Of a DNA stretch of 64,000 nt, positions 25,388 through 33,742 are shown piece after piece (position 1 is the stretch's first letter; the number at the start of each line of letters is the position of its first letter). The translations under genes were made by a program, and so were the position numbers. Origin of the DNA: an uncultured Methanosarcinales archaeon (GTDB taxonomy: Archaea; Nanobdellota; Nanobdellia; Woesearchaeales; ARS49); NCBI GenBank assembly GCA_964362535.1, contig CAYIEN010000002.1, positions 8,133 to 72,132 on the forward strand. The letters are read 5' to 3'. Under the pieces are notes generated by a model. That model saw only the letters and a program-made list of their open reading frames with translations. It did not search any database and was not told the DNA's origin.

Positions 25388-26260
25388 ATGAAAACACTTG
25401 TTATTGCGAGCGAACGCTCGTTGGACTTTGGTAGGAAGATTGCAAGAAAATTGCACAAGCCGTTCTCGAAGCTGTTGACAAAGCATTTTCCTGATGGCGA
25501 GCTCTACCTAAGGTACCCGATTCCGTTGAAGGGCGCCCACGTTATTCTGGTTGATAGTATGCAGCCGAATCCGGATGATGCATTAGTGGAGCTTTTGTTT
25601 GGTACGGCTTCAGCACGCGCCCACGGCGCGAAGAAAGTCACGTTAGTCATTCCGTACATGGGCTTTTTGCGTCAGGACAAGGAGTTCCATCCGGGTGAGA
25701 CGGTGAGTAACAAAATAGTGGCCGACCTGTTAAGTAGAGCGGATAGAATTGTGACGATGGATCCGCACTTGCACCGCATTTCGAGTTTAAAACAAATTTT
25801 CAAAACGAAAACGAAAACGCTCACGGCGAACGATATTCTCGCACAGCATTTGAAAGCAAAGCATAAGGGTGCGCTTGTTGTCGGTCCAGATGGAGAGTCG
25901 TTCCAATGGGCGAGAAGCGTCGCAAGCAAGGCTGGACTTCATGCAATCGTTTTGAACAAGAAGCGTTACACGTCGGAAAAAGTTCGTATCTTGGTCAAGT
26001 CAGACGTTCCGTTGAAGGGTAGAGATATTGTCATTGTGGACGACATTATCAGTACGGGTCACACGATGATTGAGCCCATCAAACAATTTAAGCGCATGAA
26101 GGTCAAGAGTATTACGTGTATTGGTATTCATGGTGTGTTTGCGAAGAATGCGTTGCAAAAGCTGAAAAAACTTGGTTCAAAGGTTGAGTGCACGAATACA
26201 ATTCAGAATCCTGTTTCAATTATTGACGTTACGGATGCGTTTGTTGAGGCGTTGCGATAG
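25388..26260 (+). CDS. prs: ribose-phosphate pyrophosphokinase
   Basis: FPDGELY, VTLVIPYMGFLRQDK, DPHLH and VIVDDIISTGHTM motifs. Start at the ATG at 25388 (MKTLVIAS); the track start at 25343 includes the promoter. Confidence 0.85.
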   Translation: MKTLVIASERSLDFGRKIARKLHKPFSKLLTKHFPDGELYLRYPIPLKGAHVILVDSMQPNPDDALVELLFGTASARAHGAKKVTLVIPYMGFLRQDKEFHPGETVSNKIVADLLSRADRIVTMDPHLHRISSLKQIFKTKTKTLTANDILAQHLKAKHKGALVVGPDGESFQWARSVASKAGLHAIVLNKKRYTSEKVRILVKSDVPLKGRDIVIVDDIISTGHTMIEPIKQFKRMKVKSITCIGIHGVFAKNALQKLKKLGSKVECTNTIQNPVSIIDVTDAFVEALR

Positions 26261-26833
26261 ATGGCGTTCAGAACAGTTTATGTCGTAAGACACAGCCAAT
26301 CGGTTGATAACGAGCATCATGTTTTTTCTGGCTGGCGTGATTCTCCGTTGACAAAGCAGGGCATTGAAACAGCAAAGATTCTTGCGCAGAAACTAAAACA
26401 CAAACAAATTGACCTTTCCTTTAGTTCTGACCAGGTGCGTGCGTTGGACACCGCAAAGGAAATTCTCGAATTTCACAAAGAAACTCCTATTATTGTTGAT
26501 GCAAGGTTAAGAGAGCGAGATTATGGCTCACTTACAGGTCAGAGCAAGATTGCATTCCAACTAAAAAATCCAAAGTTGTACGAAGTATACCATCGTTCCT
26601 ATAGTAAAGGTCCGCCGAAAGGAGAATCGTTCAAGGCAGTCGACAAACGCGTGCAGCCATTCATTAAAGACCTCATCAGCATCGTGAAGGAAATGAAGGT
26701 CAACGTGTTAATCGCCGCGCACGGCAACAGTATTCGCCCTATCCGAAAGCATTTCGAACACTTGTCCATTCACCAAATGAGAACGATTGATAATCCGCAT
26801 GAGAAAATTTTTGAGTATAAAATAAAAGTATAA
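26261..26833 (+). CDS. histidine phosphatase family protein (dPGM-like phosphoglycerate mutase)
   Basis: VVRHSQS (RHG-type catalytic His), SSDQVRALDTA and AAHGNSIRPI motifs. Confidence 0.7.
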   Translation: MAFRTVYVVRHSQSVDNEHHVFSGWRDSPLTKQGIETAKILAQKLKHKQIDLSFSSDQVRALDTAKEILEFHKETPIIVDARLRERDYGSLTGQSKIAFQLKNPKLYEVYHRSYSKGPPKGESFKAVDKRVQPFIKDLISIVKEMKVNVLIAAHGNSIRPIRKHFEHLSIHQMRTIDNPHEKIFEYKIKV

Positions 26834-26835
26834 TT

Positions 26836-29394
26836 CTAGGCAGTTGCATCAGTTGATTTTCGTAACTTAAGCAATTCTCCGACGAGTAAGACACTGATCG
26901 CTGCGCTCATAATCCATGCCCATTCGATGCCGGTTAGTGGCACGGTTTTGAACAGAGTGTTGAGTGCGGGGATGTAGAGCACGCTGAGCTGGAGTGCGAG
27001 TGAGGTCGCGAGCGCAAGTAATACCCAGATGTTGGAAAATGGATTGGTAACGAATACTGAACGGTCTGTGCGTCTGCTGAGGACGCTGCAGAGCTGCATC
27101 ATGACGATGGCGGTGAAGGCGATGGTTTGTGCGCGTTCTACGGGTGCGTTCACGAACAAAAGAAGTGTGCCTAGCATCATGGTGGTTCCGATGATAAGAA
27201 GTCCTGCAATGTTGTTTGTTCCGATGATGGGTGTGCGTTGTGGTTTTTTGCGCATGATGTCTTGTCCTGCGGGTTCGACGCTTAATGCAAGTGCGGGCAT
27301 GCCGTCCGTTACGAGATTAATCCAGAGGAGTTGGATGGCGAGGAAGGGTAATGGTAGTGCGAGCAAGAGTGCGGTGAAGACGGTGATAACTTCTCCTGCG
27401 TTTGCAGCAAGCAAGTATCGTACTGATTTTCCGATGTTGTCGTAGATGCGTCGTCCTTCGCGGATGGCTGCGACGATGCTTGCGAAGTTGTCATCGGCGA
27501 GAATCATGGCTGAGGCGTCTTTTGCGACGTCGGTGCCCGATCCCATTGCGATGCCGATGTCGGCTTTTTTGAGTGCGGGTGCGTCATTGATGCCGTCGCC
27601 AGTCATCGCGACCACGTGGCCTGCTGCTTGAAGAGCATGGACGATTCGTATTTTGTGTTCGGGGTTGACGCGCGCGAAGACTCCGATGTCGGAAATATTG
27701 TCAAGATTGTATAGGTCGAGTTCTGCTCCGGTAACAACTCTGCCAGGTATTCCCAAAGAGTCGGCGATGGCGTCGGCGGTGTCTGCGTGGTCGCCGGTGA
27801 TCATGATGACTTTGATGCCTGCGTTGTGGCATTCGCGGATTGCTTCGCGGGCTTCGGCTCGTGGTGGGTCAATCATTGCTTGTAATCCGACGAAGGTGAG
27901 GCTTTGTTCGGGGGTTTTGGTGTTTTTTGTGGTGGCGAATGCGAGAACTCTCAGTGCTTGTTGTCCGAACTGTTTGACTTGGTTTGCGATGAGCGTTCTC
28001 TCGGTGTTCAGCATCGTTACCGTTTTGCCGTTGAGCAGGATGTGCGTGCATTTTTTCAGGAGGACATCCGGTGCGCCTTTGATGAAGGCCGCTTTTTGGT
28101 GGATGGTCGTCATTATTTTGCGTTCGCTGGTGAATTCGATTTCTCTGATGCGTGGATACATGGTGGAAAGTTTTTCGATGGAGAGTCCTGCTTTGATGGC
28201 GCTGACGAGTAGAGCTCCCTCAGTTGGGTCTCCGAGAACGACAGAGTCTTTGAGTGTGGCGTTGTTGTTGATGGCGCCGATGGTGAGTAGTAAGTCTAGG
28301 TCTTTTGGTTGGCTGGAGAATCTGCCGGTGGTTTGGTAGCCGGTGCCGGTGACGTCAACGACTTGGTTGTCGACGAAGAGTTTGGTGACCGTCATTTGGT
28401 TTTTGGTTAACGTGCCGGTTTTGTCCGTACAAATCACCGTGCAGGCTCCGAGTGTTTCGGCGCTGGGGAGTTTTCTCACTAATGCGTTTCTGGAAGCCAT
28501 GCGTTGGACGCCGAGCGCTAATGCAATTGTTACAACGGCAGGCAGTCCTTCAGGGATGGCGGCTACGGCGAGCGCGAGTGCGGCGATAAAGAAGGTGAGT
28601 AACGGTTTTCCTTGTAATGCTCCGAGTGTGAAGACGCATGCTGCGACAACGATGACGATGAGGGTGAGCCAGAAGCTCAGCTCAGCCAATTTCTTTTGGA
28701 GGGGTGTGTCTTCTGTTTTTGCGGTTTTGATGAGTTTGGCGATTTTGCCGATTTCAGTTAAGTTGCCGGTAGTTGCGACGATGGCTTTTGCTCTTCCGGC
28801 GACGATGATGGTGCTGGCGAAGAGCATGCAGGTTTTTTCCGAGATGAGCGCGCCTGCGCTGGAAGGAAGAGTATTTTTTTGGACAGGAGTGCTTTCGCCG
28901 GTGAGGTTTGCTTCTTGGGTTTGCAAATTTGTAGCAGTCAGGATGCGGCAGTCTGCGGGGACTTTATCTCCCGTTTCGAGCAACACAATATCTCCAGGCA
29001 CAAGCTCGGCTGCATCAAGCAGTATTTCTCGTCCGTCGCGGATGACTTTTGCTTTCAACGCGGTTAATTTTTGGAGTAATGCAATTGCTTTTTCTGCGCG
29101 GTATTCTTGCGCAAATCCAAGGATGGCGTTGAGTACAACAATAATTGCGATGACGTAGAAGTCTGCGTATTCTTTGACGAAGAGGGATATCCCCATTGCG
29201 AACAACAGTATCCATACGATGGGGCTGGCGAACTGTTCGAGAATCAGAGTTAATACGGAGGTTCGGGTGCTGTCTGTGAGCGTGTTTGGTCCGTAGCGCC
29301 CTCTGCGGCGGTCGGCTTCAAATGTGGTGAGCCCGCCTTCGGTGGCGGTAAGCTCGCGGAGTACCTCTTTCGCGGTTGTGTCGTGGAACGACAT
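26836..29394 (-). CDS. cation-transporting P-type ATPase (P2, Ca2+-type)
   Basis: ICTDKTGTLT, TGDGINDAPALKKADIGIAMG, TGES and about 10 TM helices; N-terminal cation-ATPase-N domain. A TTTATATA box lies about 29 nt upstream. Confidence 0.9.
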   Translation of the reverse strand: MSFHDTTAKEVLRELTATEGGLTTFEADRRRGRYGPNTLTDSTRTSVLTLILEQFASPIVWILLFAMGISLFVKEYADFYVIAIIVVLNAILGFAQEYRAEKAIALLQKLTALKAKVIRDGREILLDAAELVPGDIVLLETGDKVPADCRILTATNLQTQEANLTGESTPVQKNTLPSSAGALISEKTCMLFASTIIVAGRAKAIVATTGNLTEIGKIAKLIKTAKTEDTPLQKKLAELSFWLTLIVIVVAACVFTLGALQGKPLLTFFIAALALAVAAIPEGLPAVVTIALALGVQRMASRNALVRKLPSAETLGACTVICTDKTGTLTKNQMTVTKLFVDNQVVDVTGTGYQTTGRFSSQPKDLDLLLTIGAINNNATLKDSVVLGDPTEGALLVSAIKAGLSIEKLSTMYPRIREIEFTSERKIMTTIHQKAAFIKGAPDVLLKKCTHILLNGKTVTMLNTERTLIANQVKQFGQQALRVLAFATTKNTKTPEQSLTFVGLQAMIDPPRAEAREAIRECHNAGIKVIMITGDHADTADAIADSLGIPGRVVTGAELDLYNLDNISDIGVFARVNPEHKIRIVHALQAAGHVVAMTGDGINDAPALKKADIGIAMGSGTDVAKDASAMILADDNFASIVAAIREGRRIYDNIGKSVRYLLAANAGEVITVFTALLLALPLPFLAIQLLWINLVTDGMPALALSVEPAGQDIMRKKPQRTPIIGTNNIAGLLIIGTTMMLGTLLLFVNAPVERAQTIAFTAIVMMQLCSVLSRRTDRSVFVTNPFSNIWVLLALATSLALQLSVLYIPALNTLFKTVPLTGIEWAWIMSAAISVLLVGELLKLRKSTDATA

Positions 29395-29484
29395 GGTGTT
29401 TGTTTAACGTTCGATGCTATATAAACGTAACGAAGCGTCTCGTTGTGTCCACGCACGTCTGCTTTTCACGTTGTTGCTGCACCG

Positions 29485-29499
29485 GTAGTCTTTGAGTCG
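29485..29499 (+). repeat. intergenic 15-mer GTAGTCTTTGAGTCG, copy 2
   Basis: Identical to 6402-6416. It lies in the divergent region between the P-type ATPase and sppA genes. Confidence 0.5.
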
Positions 29500-29583
29500 T
29501 TGTAATATCGAAGCCTAAGAACACAAACAAAGCAAATTGATCGAGCCACCACCTTTTTATACTCAGTCTTCTCATTTGAATTT

Positions 29584-30525
29584 GTGAAAAAAGTGGTGAA
29601 AGAAGAACGTTCTGTGTTGAAAACAGTAGTTACTATTATAGGAATCTTGTCGGGTTTGCTTTCACTAGCGTTCTTTGCATTTTTATTTGTCATGATCGTT
29701 TCTGCCGTGAGCGGTCCGGCGACATTCGCAGAGGGTAATGTCGCGATTATTCCGATCCAGGGAGAAATAATGACGCAAGGTTCGTTTGGTAGCGCGGTGA
29801 GTAGTCAGATTGTTGGCTGGATTCAGGATGCGGAAGCGAATGAGCAGATTCAGGCAATCATTTTCGAGATTGATTCTCCGGGTGGCAGTCCGGTGGCGAC
29901 GGAAGAAATCGCGCGAGCTATTAACGAGATGGAGAAGCCGAATGTTGCGGTTATTCGAGAAATCGGTGCGTCGGGCGCGTATTGGGCTGCTTCGGCGACG
30001 GACAAGATTTACGCGAGCCGTATGAGTTTGGTTGGTAGTATTGGTGTCGTTGCAAGTTACATCGAGATTGCCGGCACATTAGAAAGATACAACGCAACAT
30101 ATCAATCATTAACAGCAGGCGAGTTCAAGGAAGCGGGCAGTCCGTTTAAGCATTTGACTGCGAAGGAAGAGCAGATGTTCCAGTCACAATTAGATAAGTT
30201 GCACACGATTTTTATTCGGGCGGTTGCGCAAAATCGCGGTTTGCCTGAGGAGAAGGTTCGCGAGATAGCGAACGGTTGGGTTTATACGGGCGATGAGGCG
30301 TTGTCGTTTGGCTTGATTGACAAAATCGGTAATGAGGATGACGCGATTGCGGACCTTGAGGAATCGTTAGGTATAACTGCTGAATTAGTAAAGTATGAGG
30401 CTTCCCCGTCTTTCTTTGGCAGTATTTTGGGCATGTCGAATGATGCGAGCTTTCAGGTCGGGAGAGGGATTGGAACGGCGATGACCGAGCCGCGTGCGCA
30501 GTCTCCAGTAAAGGTTTGGACATGA
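29584..30525 (+). CDS. sppA: signal peptide peptidase SppA (36K type, S49)
   Basis: N-terminal TM; IFEIDSPGGSPVA, IGASGAYWAASATDKIYA and GSIGV (catalytic Ser region). GTG start. Confidence 0.85.
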   Translation: MKKVVKEERSVLKTVVTIIGILSGLLSLAFFAFLFVMIVSAVSGPATFAEGNVAIIPIQGEIMTQGSFGSAVSSQIVGWIQDAEANEQIQAIIFEIDSPGGSPVATEEIARAINEMEKPNVAVIREIGASGAYWAASATDKIYASRMSLVGSIGVVASYIEIAGTLERYNATYQSLTAGEFKEAGSPFKHLTAKEEQMFQSQLDKLHTIFIRAVAQNRGLPEEKVREIANGWVYTGDEALSFGLIDKIGNEDDAIADLEESLGITAELVKYEASPSFFGSILGMSNDASFQVGRGIGTAMTEPRAQSPVKVWT

Positions 30526-30953
30526 GAGTTTCGTTTCTGATTGTTTTTTCATTATGTATTTTTCTCACGGGTTGTGTGCAGGACAGAGTAACGTTTTTCG
30601 TTCCTGATGGTTACGTGAACATTGACGTGCGTGTTGCGGATACGTTAAGTGAGCAGGCTTCTGGTTTGATGGAGTCTTCGTTGAAAGATGGCGAGGGGAT
30701 GTTGTTTGTGTTTCCCGATACTGCCCAGAGAGCGTTTTGGATGAAGAATGTCACGATTCCGCTGGATATCATTTTTGTTGATGAAACAAAAACCGTAAAT
30801 GAGATTAAGGAGAATTTGCCTCCGTGTGAGAGAGACCCGTGCGCGGTGTATCCATCACTCAAGCCCGCAAGGTATGTTGTTGAAGTTCCCGCTGGTTTTG
30901 CAAGGGAGCACAAAATCATTGTCGGCAGCAGAATGACGAGTACGGTTGTTTGA
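30522..30953 (+). CDS. DUF192 domain lipoprotein
   Basis: Lipobox FLTGC. GLMESSLKDGEGMLFVFP, MKNVTIPLDIIFVD and YVVEVPAG are DUF192 hallmarks. ATGA overlap with the sppA stop. Confidence 0.75.
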   Translation: MRVSFLIVFSLCIFLTGCVQDRVTFFVPDGYVNIDVRVADTLSEQASGLMESSLKDGEGMLFVFPDTAQRAFWMKNVTIPLDIIFVDETKTVNEIKENLPPCERDPCAVYPSLKPARYVVEVPAGFAREHKIIVGSRMTSTVV

Positions 30954-30965
30954 GTTAGAATTTTT

Positions 30966-31673
30966 TCAACTGTCTTCTTTCTTCATTCCTTTTTTGCTCA
31001 TCCAGATGGGGATTTCGTAATTGCCTTGGATTTTTGGTAGTGTGATTGCTTTTGCGTCGGTTAAGTCGTTGATGTTGACGATGCCGGCGTTTTCGTCCGT
31101 GATTCGGGGACAGGCGGTGTTGACCCAGCAGTCGATGAAGTTGAAGTTTTCGAGTTCGTTGAAGTTCAACGTGTCAGCGACAAAGACGTAGTAGTTTTTG
31201 TCTTTGTTCTTTTTGAGTTCCATGGCGCGTTTGAAGTTCATTTGACCAATCTTAGTGGAAACAATAATGCCGATGTTTTTTGCCGTCATGAATTTGAGAA
31301 TGCTTCCTTGTTTGCGAGCTAAGTACGTATCAATCGTTTTTTGTTTCAATGGTCCGAATTGTTGCGTTGCGGGGTTGAAGACGAAAACAGGCTTTTCCGT
31401 GCGAGTTGCGACTTGTATCGGGTGGAATTCGCCAGAACCGACGAACAAAAAGCAGTCTACTTTGTCTTTGATGTTCTCAGCATTGTAGGAGTTGCAACCC
31501 AATACCTGTCCCGCAATGATGGACTTCGGTAATTGTTCCTGCACTTTCTTAATAGCGTGAAGAAGTTGAATCGACGTTACAATGCCCACAACTTTGCCTT
31601 TGAATCCTTTGACTGCTTCAGAAGTCAAAGTCACATCCATGTTGGATTTGGCGTGGATGAAGAGCGTTTCCAT
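30966..31673 (-). CDS. dph2: diphthamide synthesis protein Dph2-like, lacking the N-terminal domain
   Basis: GQVLGCNSYN, LFVGSGEFHP and WVNTACPRI align to the central and C-terminal parts of archaeal Dph2 (about 340 aa). At 235 aa it begins near the position of residue ~88 of Pyrococcus Dph2. Confidence 0.6.
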   Translation of the reverse strand: METLFIHAKSNMDVTLTSEAVKGFKGKVVGIVTSIQLLHAIKKVQEQLPKSIIAGQVLGCNSYNAENIKDKVDCFLFVGSGEFHPIQVATRTEKPVFVFNPATQQFGPLKQKTIDTYLARKQGSILKFMTAKNIGIIVSTKIGQMNFKRAMELKKNKDKNYYVFVADTLNFNELENFNFIDCWVNTACPRITDENAGIVNINDLTDAKAITLPKIQGNYEIPIWMSKKGMKKEDS

Positions 31674-31695
31674 AAGCTAGTTTCTCGAGAAGGCA

Positions 31696-31703
31696 TTTAT
31701 AAA
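31696..31703 (-). promoter_or_regulatory. TATA box (palindromic TTTATAAA) of the Dph2-like gene
   Basis: Its centre is 26.5 nt upstream of the ATG at 31673. This leaves no room for an upstream exon or extension. Confidence 0.5.
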
Positions 31704-31706
31704 GCT

Positions 31707-31982
31707 TTACAAGCCGAATGCGTCCGTAAATTCCTTAACTTTTCTATACTCCTGCAAGAAGTTGAGTCCTTTGTCGGTGATGAGGAACATGTTGTGGTCG
31801 TCTTTGTTCATTTCGGTGGTCATGAAGCCTTTCTGTTGTAAATCCTCAACATAACCCTTCATTCGTTTGTGAGAAAGGTTTGATTTGTACAGCAAGTGCG
31901 TCGGCTTGATTTTTCCGCCTTTATCCTGAATTGCCTTTAAAATGTCAAAGACAATTTCTAACTGGCTTCTTCGTTCAGTCAT
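31707..31982 (-). CDS. winged-helix DNA-binding protein (COG3432-like)
   Basis: 91 aa. EIVFDILKAI...KPTHLLYKSNLSHKRMKGYVEDLQQKGF resembles the archaeal wHTH family. There is a 4-nt overlap with the upstream membrane protein gene. Confidence 0.6.
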   Translation of the reverse strand: MTERRSQLEIVFDILKAIQDKGGKIKPTHLLYKSNLSHKRMKGYVEDLQQKGFMTTEMNKDDHNMFLITDKGLNFLQEYRKVKEFTDAFGL

Positions 31983-32656
31983 TTGCGGTACACCCGGACG
32001 AGCATGGCCAAAAGAATAACGTACGCGAGCAGTCTAAAGAAGTATGCTGCGACAATTATGGGTTTGTAGTATATCGCAATCATGGAGAATAATGGTTCGA
32101 GCGCCATGACTGAGAATGCGATGGAAATAAGGAAGGTACTTCTCGTCTTTTTGGCTTGGTAGTTTCGGATGTAGTTGCTCGCGATGAAGAACAACAGTAC
32201 GAAACTGACGATGTAGAACATGATGGGGATTTCTTGGAAGGCAGAAAAAGCAAAGAGTCCCAAGAAAATACTCATGAGGCAGAGTTGTTTTTTGTCGGAA
32301 ATCTTGGCGCTCAAAGCGTACAGTATAAGATAGGCTGCGAAGACAAGTGCGAAGTAGACAAAGCGTCCGCTGTCAAAAATAGACTCAATCGCCGTCATGG
32401 AAGGCGTCGGAGTGCTGATGCCAGGCACGATGCCGACTTGCATAAGGACAACGCCTGCAGTAATAGCTCTTGCCAAAAATGAAAGCGTGATGAAGCCGAA
32501 TGCTGCGGCGAGCCAGAGTGATTTTTTGTCGTTGGTGAGCTTGAATGCTTTGTAGCCCATGATGCTGATCAATACGGCGGCGAGGACGCTGAAGAGTTCA
32601 AGAGCGATGTCGATTCCGTGGAACCATAAGGGACTGAAGACGAGCGTTACTGCCAT
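31979..32656 (-). CDS. hypothetical polytopic membrane protein
   Basis: About 7 TM helices. ATG at 32656 (MAVTLVF); the track start at 32680 is TTG. A TTTATAA box lies about 38 nt upstream. Confidence 0.55.
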   Translation of the reverse strand: MAVTLVFSPLWFHGIDIALELFSVLAAVLISIMGYKAFKLTNDKKSLWLAAAFGFITLSFLARAITAGVVLMQVGIVPGISTPTPSMTAIESIFDSGRFVYFALVFAAYLILYALSAKISDKKQLCLMSIFLGLFAFSAFQEIPIMFYIVSFVLLFFIASNYIRNYQAKKTRSTFLISIAFSVMALEPLFSMIAIYYKPIIVAAYFFRLLAYVILLAMLVRVYRK

Positions 32657-32776
32657 GTGTTCACCTTCGTCACTTTGCAATTACGTGCCTTATAAAGGTT
32701 GCGGACGTTTTCTCCTGATGACTTCTGCATAATCCATTAATAAAGGGTTCACGGATAAAAGGCTATCGAGGTGTAT

Positions 32777-32926
32777 ATGAAAAAGACAAAAACCAGTAAG
32801 TTTGTTTTTCACGATCCTGAATGGCAGGAAGTGTTCGGTACGTTGGTGGAAAACCCGTACGAAGAAATTCCTGACGACCTATTTGATGCACACAACAATC
32901 CCTCTTTGAAGGAGGTGGTGCGATAA
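32777..32926 (+). CDS. candidate small acidic protein (49 aa)
   Basis: Not in the track. GAGGTG SD 5 nt upstream. MKKTKTSKFVFHDPEWQEVFGTLVENPYEEIPDDLFDAHNNPSLKEVVR*. Followed by a structured 3' region. Confidence 0.35.
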   Translation: MKKTKTSKFVFHDPEWQEVFGTLVENPYEEIPDDLFDAHNNPSLKEVVR

Positions 32927-33006
32927 TTGGCTTGGGCAGTGCCAAACTGCCCTTCATATTCACAGATATTCACTGCCGAACTCCTCCGTTTCGGCTTCCT
33001 CTCTTG

Positions 33007-33039
33007 GACCAAAGGTGACCTCTTCCTTTGGTCTTTTTT
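33007..33039 (+). terminator. hairpin plus T6 (intrinsic-terminator-like)
   Basis: GACCAAAGG (33007-33015) pairs with CCTTTGGTC (33025-33033) and is followed by TTTTTT (33034-33039). Confidence 0.45.
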
Positions 33040-33118
33040 ATTTCTTTGTCGATTTCTTTATTTTTTAGATTTTTCGAAAACGCTACGTTTTTAAACAAGA
33101 AATGTGTTATTGGAAAGT

Positions 33119-33727
33119 ATGGGCTTGCTTGTCAAATTGTTCGTCAGTCTTGTTGCCTTGTTAGTGGTGGGCGGCGCTGGTTTCTATTACTTGAATGGTA
33201 TCAACAAAGTGAGTCTTGATGATTTTGTATTGACGGGCATCAAGGGTGTTACGGTGAATTCATTTACGTTCAATGGACAATTGTTCGTGAATAACCCGAG
33301 CAAAACGCCGGTTCCGATTCAAACAATAACGTATGATGTTATTCTGGATAAGACTGGAGAAATCATTTCGTCAGGTACGCTTCCGTCGTTCATTCTTGTT
33401 TCAGGCGATAACACGATTCCGTTTGACCAACGAGTAAATTGGGTTCCGACTGCGTCCTTAGCAGCCACATTGGTGACCAGCGACCGCGTTTACACAACGG
33501 TAAAAGGAAGAATCAAAATTGCGTTACCGCAGGTAAAAGAGTACGAGCTTCCGTTCAGCAGTAAGGCGGACATTAAGGCGTATGTTTCTCAGTTTGTTGA
33601 TACGATTGTTCCGGCTAGCAGTGTTACTGATAGTGGTCTGCTTCCGTCAGGTGCGTCTGATGACGATGTTCCTGTGTCTGGTGATACTGATCAGAAGTCT
33701 TTGGGCAGTTTGCCGTCGCTTACGTAA
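33119..33727 (+). CDS. membrane-anchored LEA_2 / WHy-like protein
   Basis: N-terminal TM followed by a beta-rich region (FTFNGQLFVNNPSKTPVPIQTITYDVIL...) resembling LEA14/NDR1-type domains. The ATG at 33119 is 27.5 nt from the TTTTTAAA box centre. Confidence 0.45.
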   Translation: MGLLVKLFVSLVALLVVGGAGFYYLNGINKVSLDDFVLTGIKGVTVNSFTFNGQLFVNNPSKTPVPIQTITYDVILDKTGEIISSGTLPSFILVSGDNTIPFDQRVNWVPTASLAATLVTSDRVYTTVKGRIKIALPQVKEYELPFSSKADIKAYVSQFVDTIVPASSVTDSGLLPSGASDDDVPVSGDTDQKSLGSLPSLT

Positions 33728-33742
33728 AAGAGAGGTGTTCCT

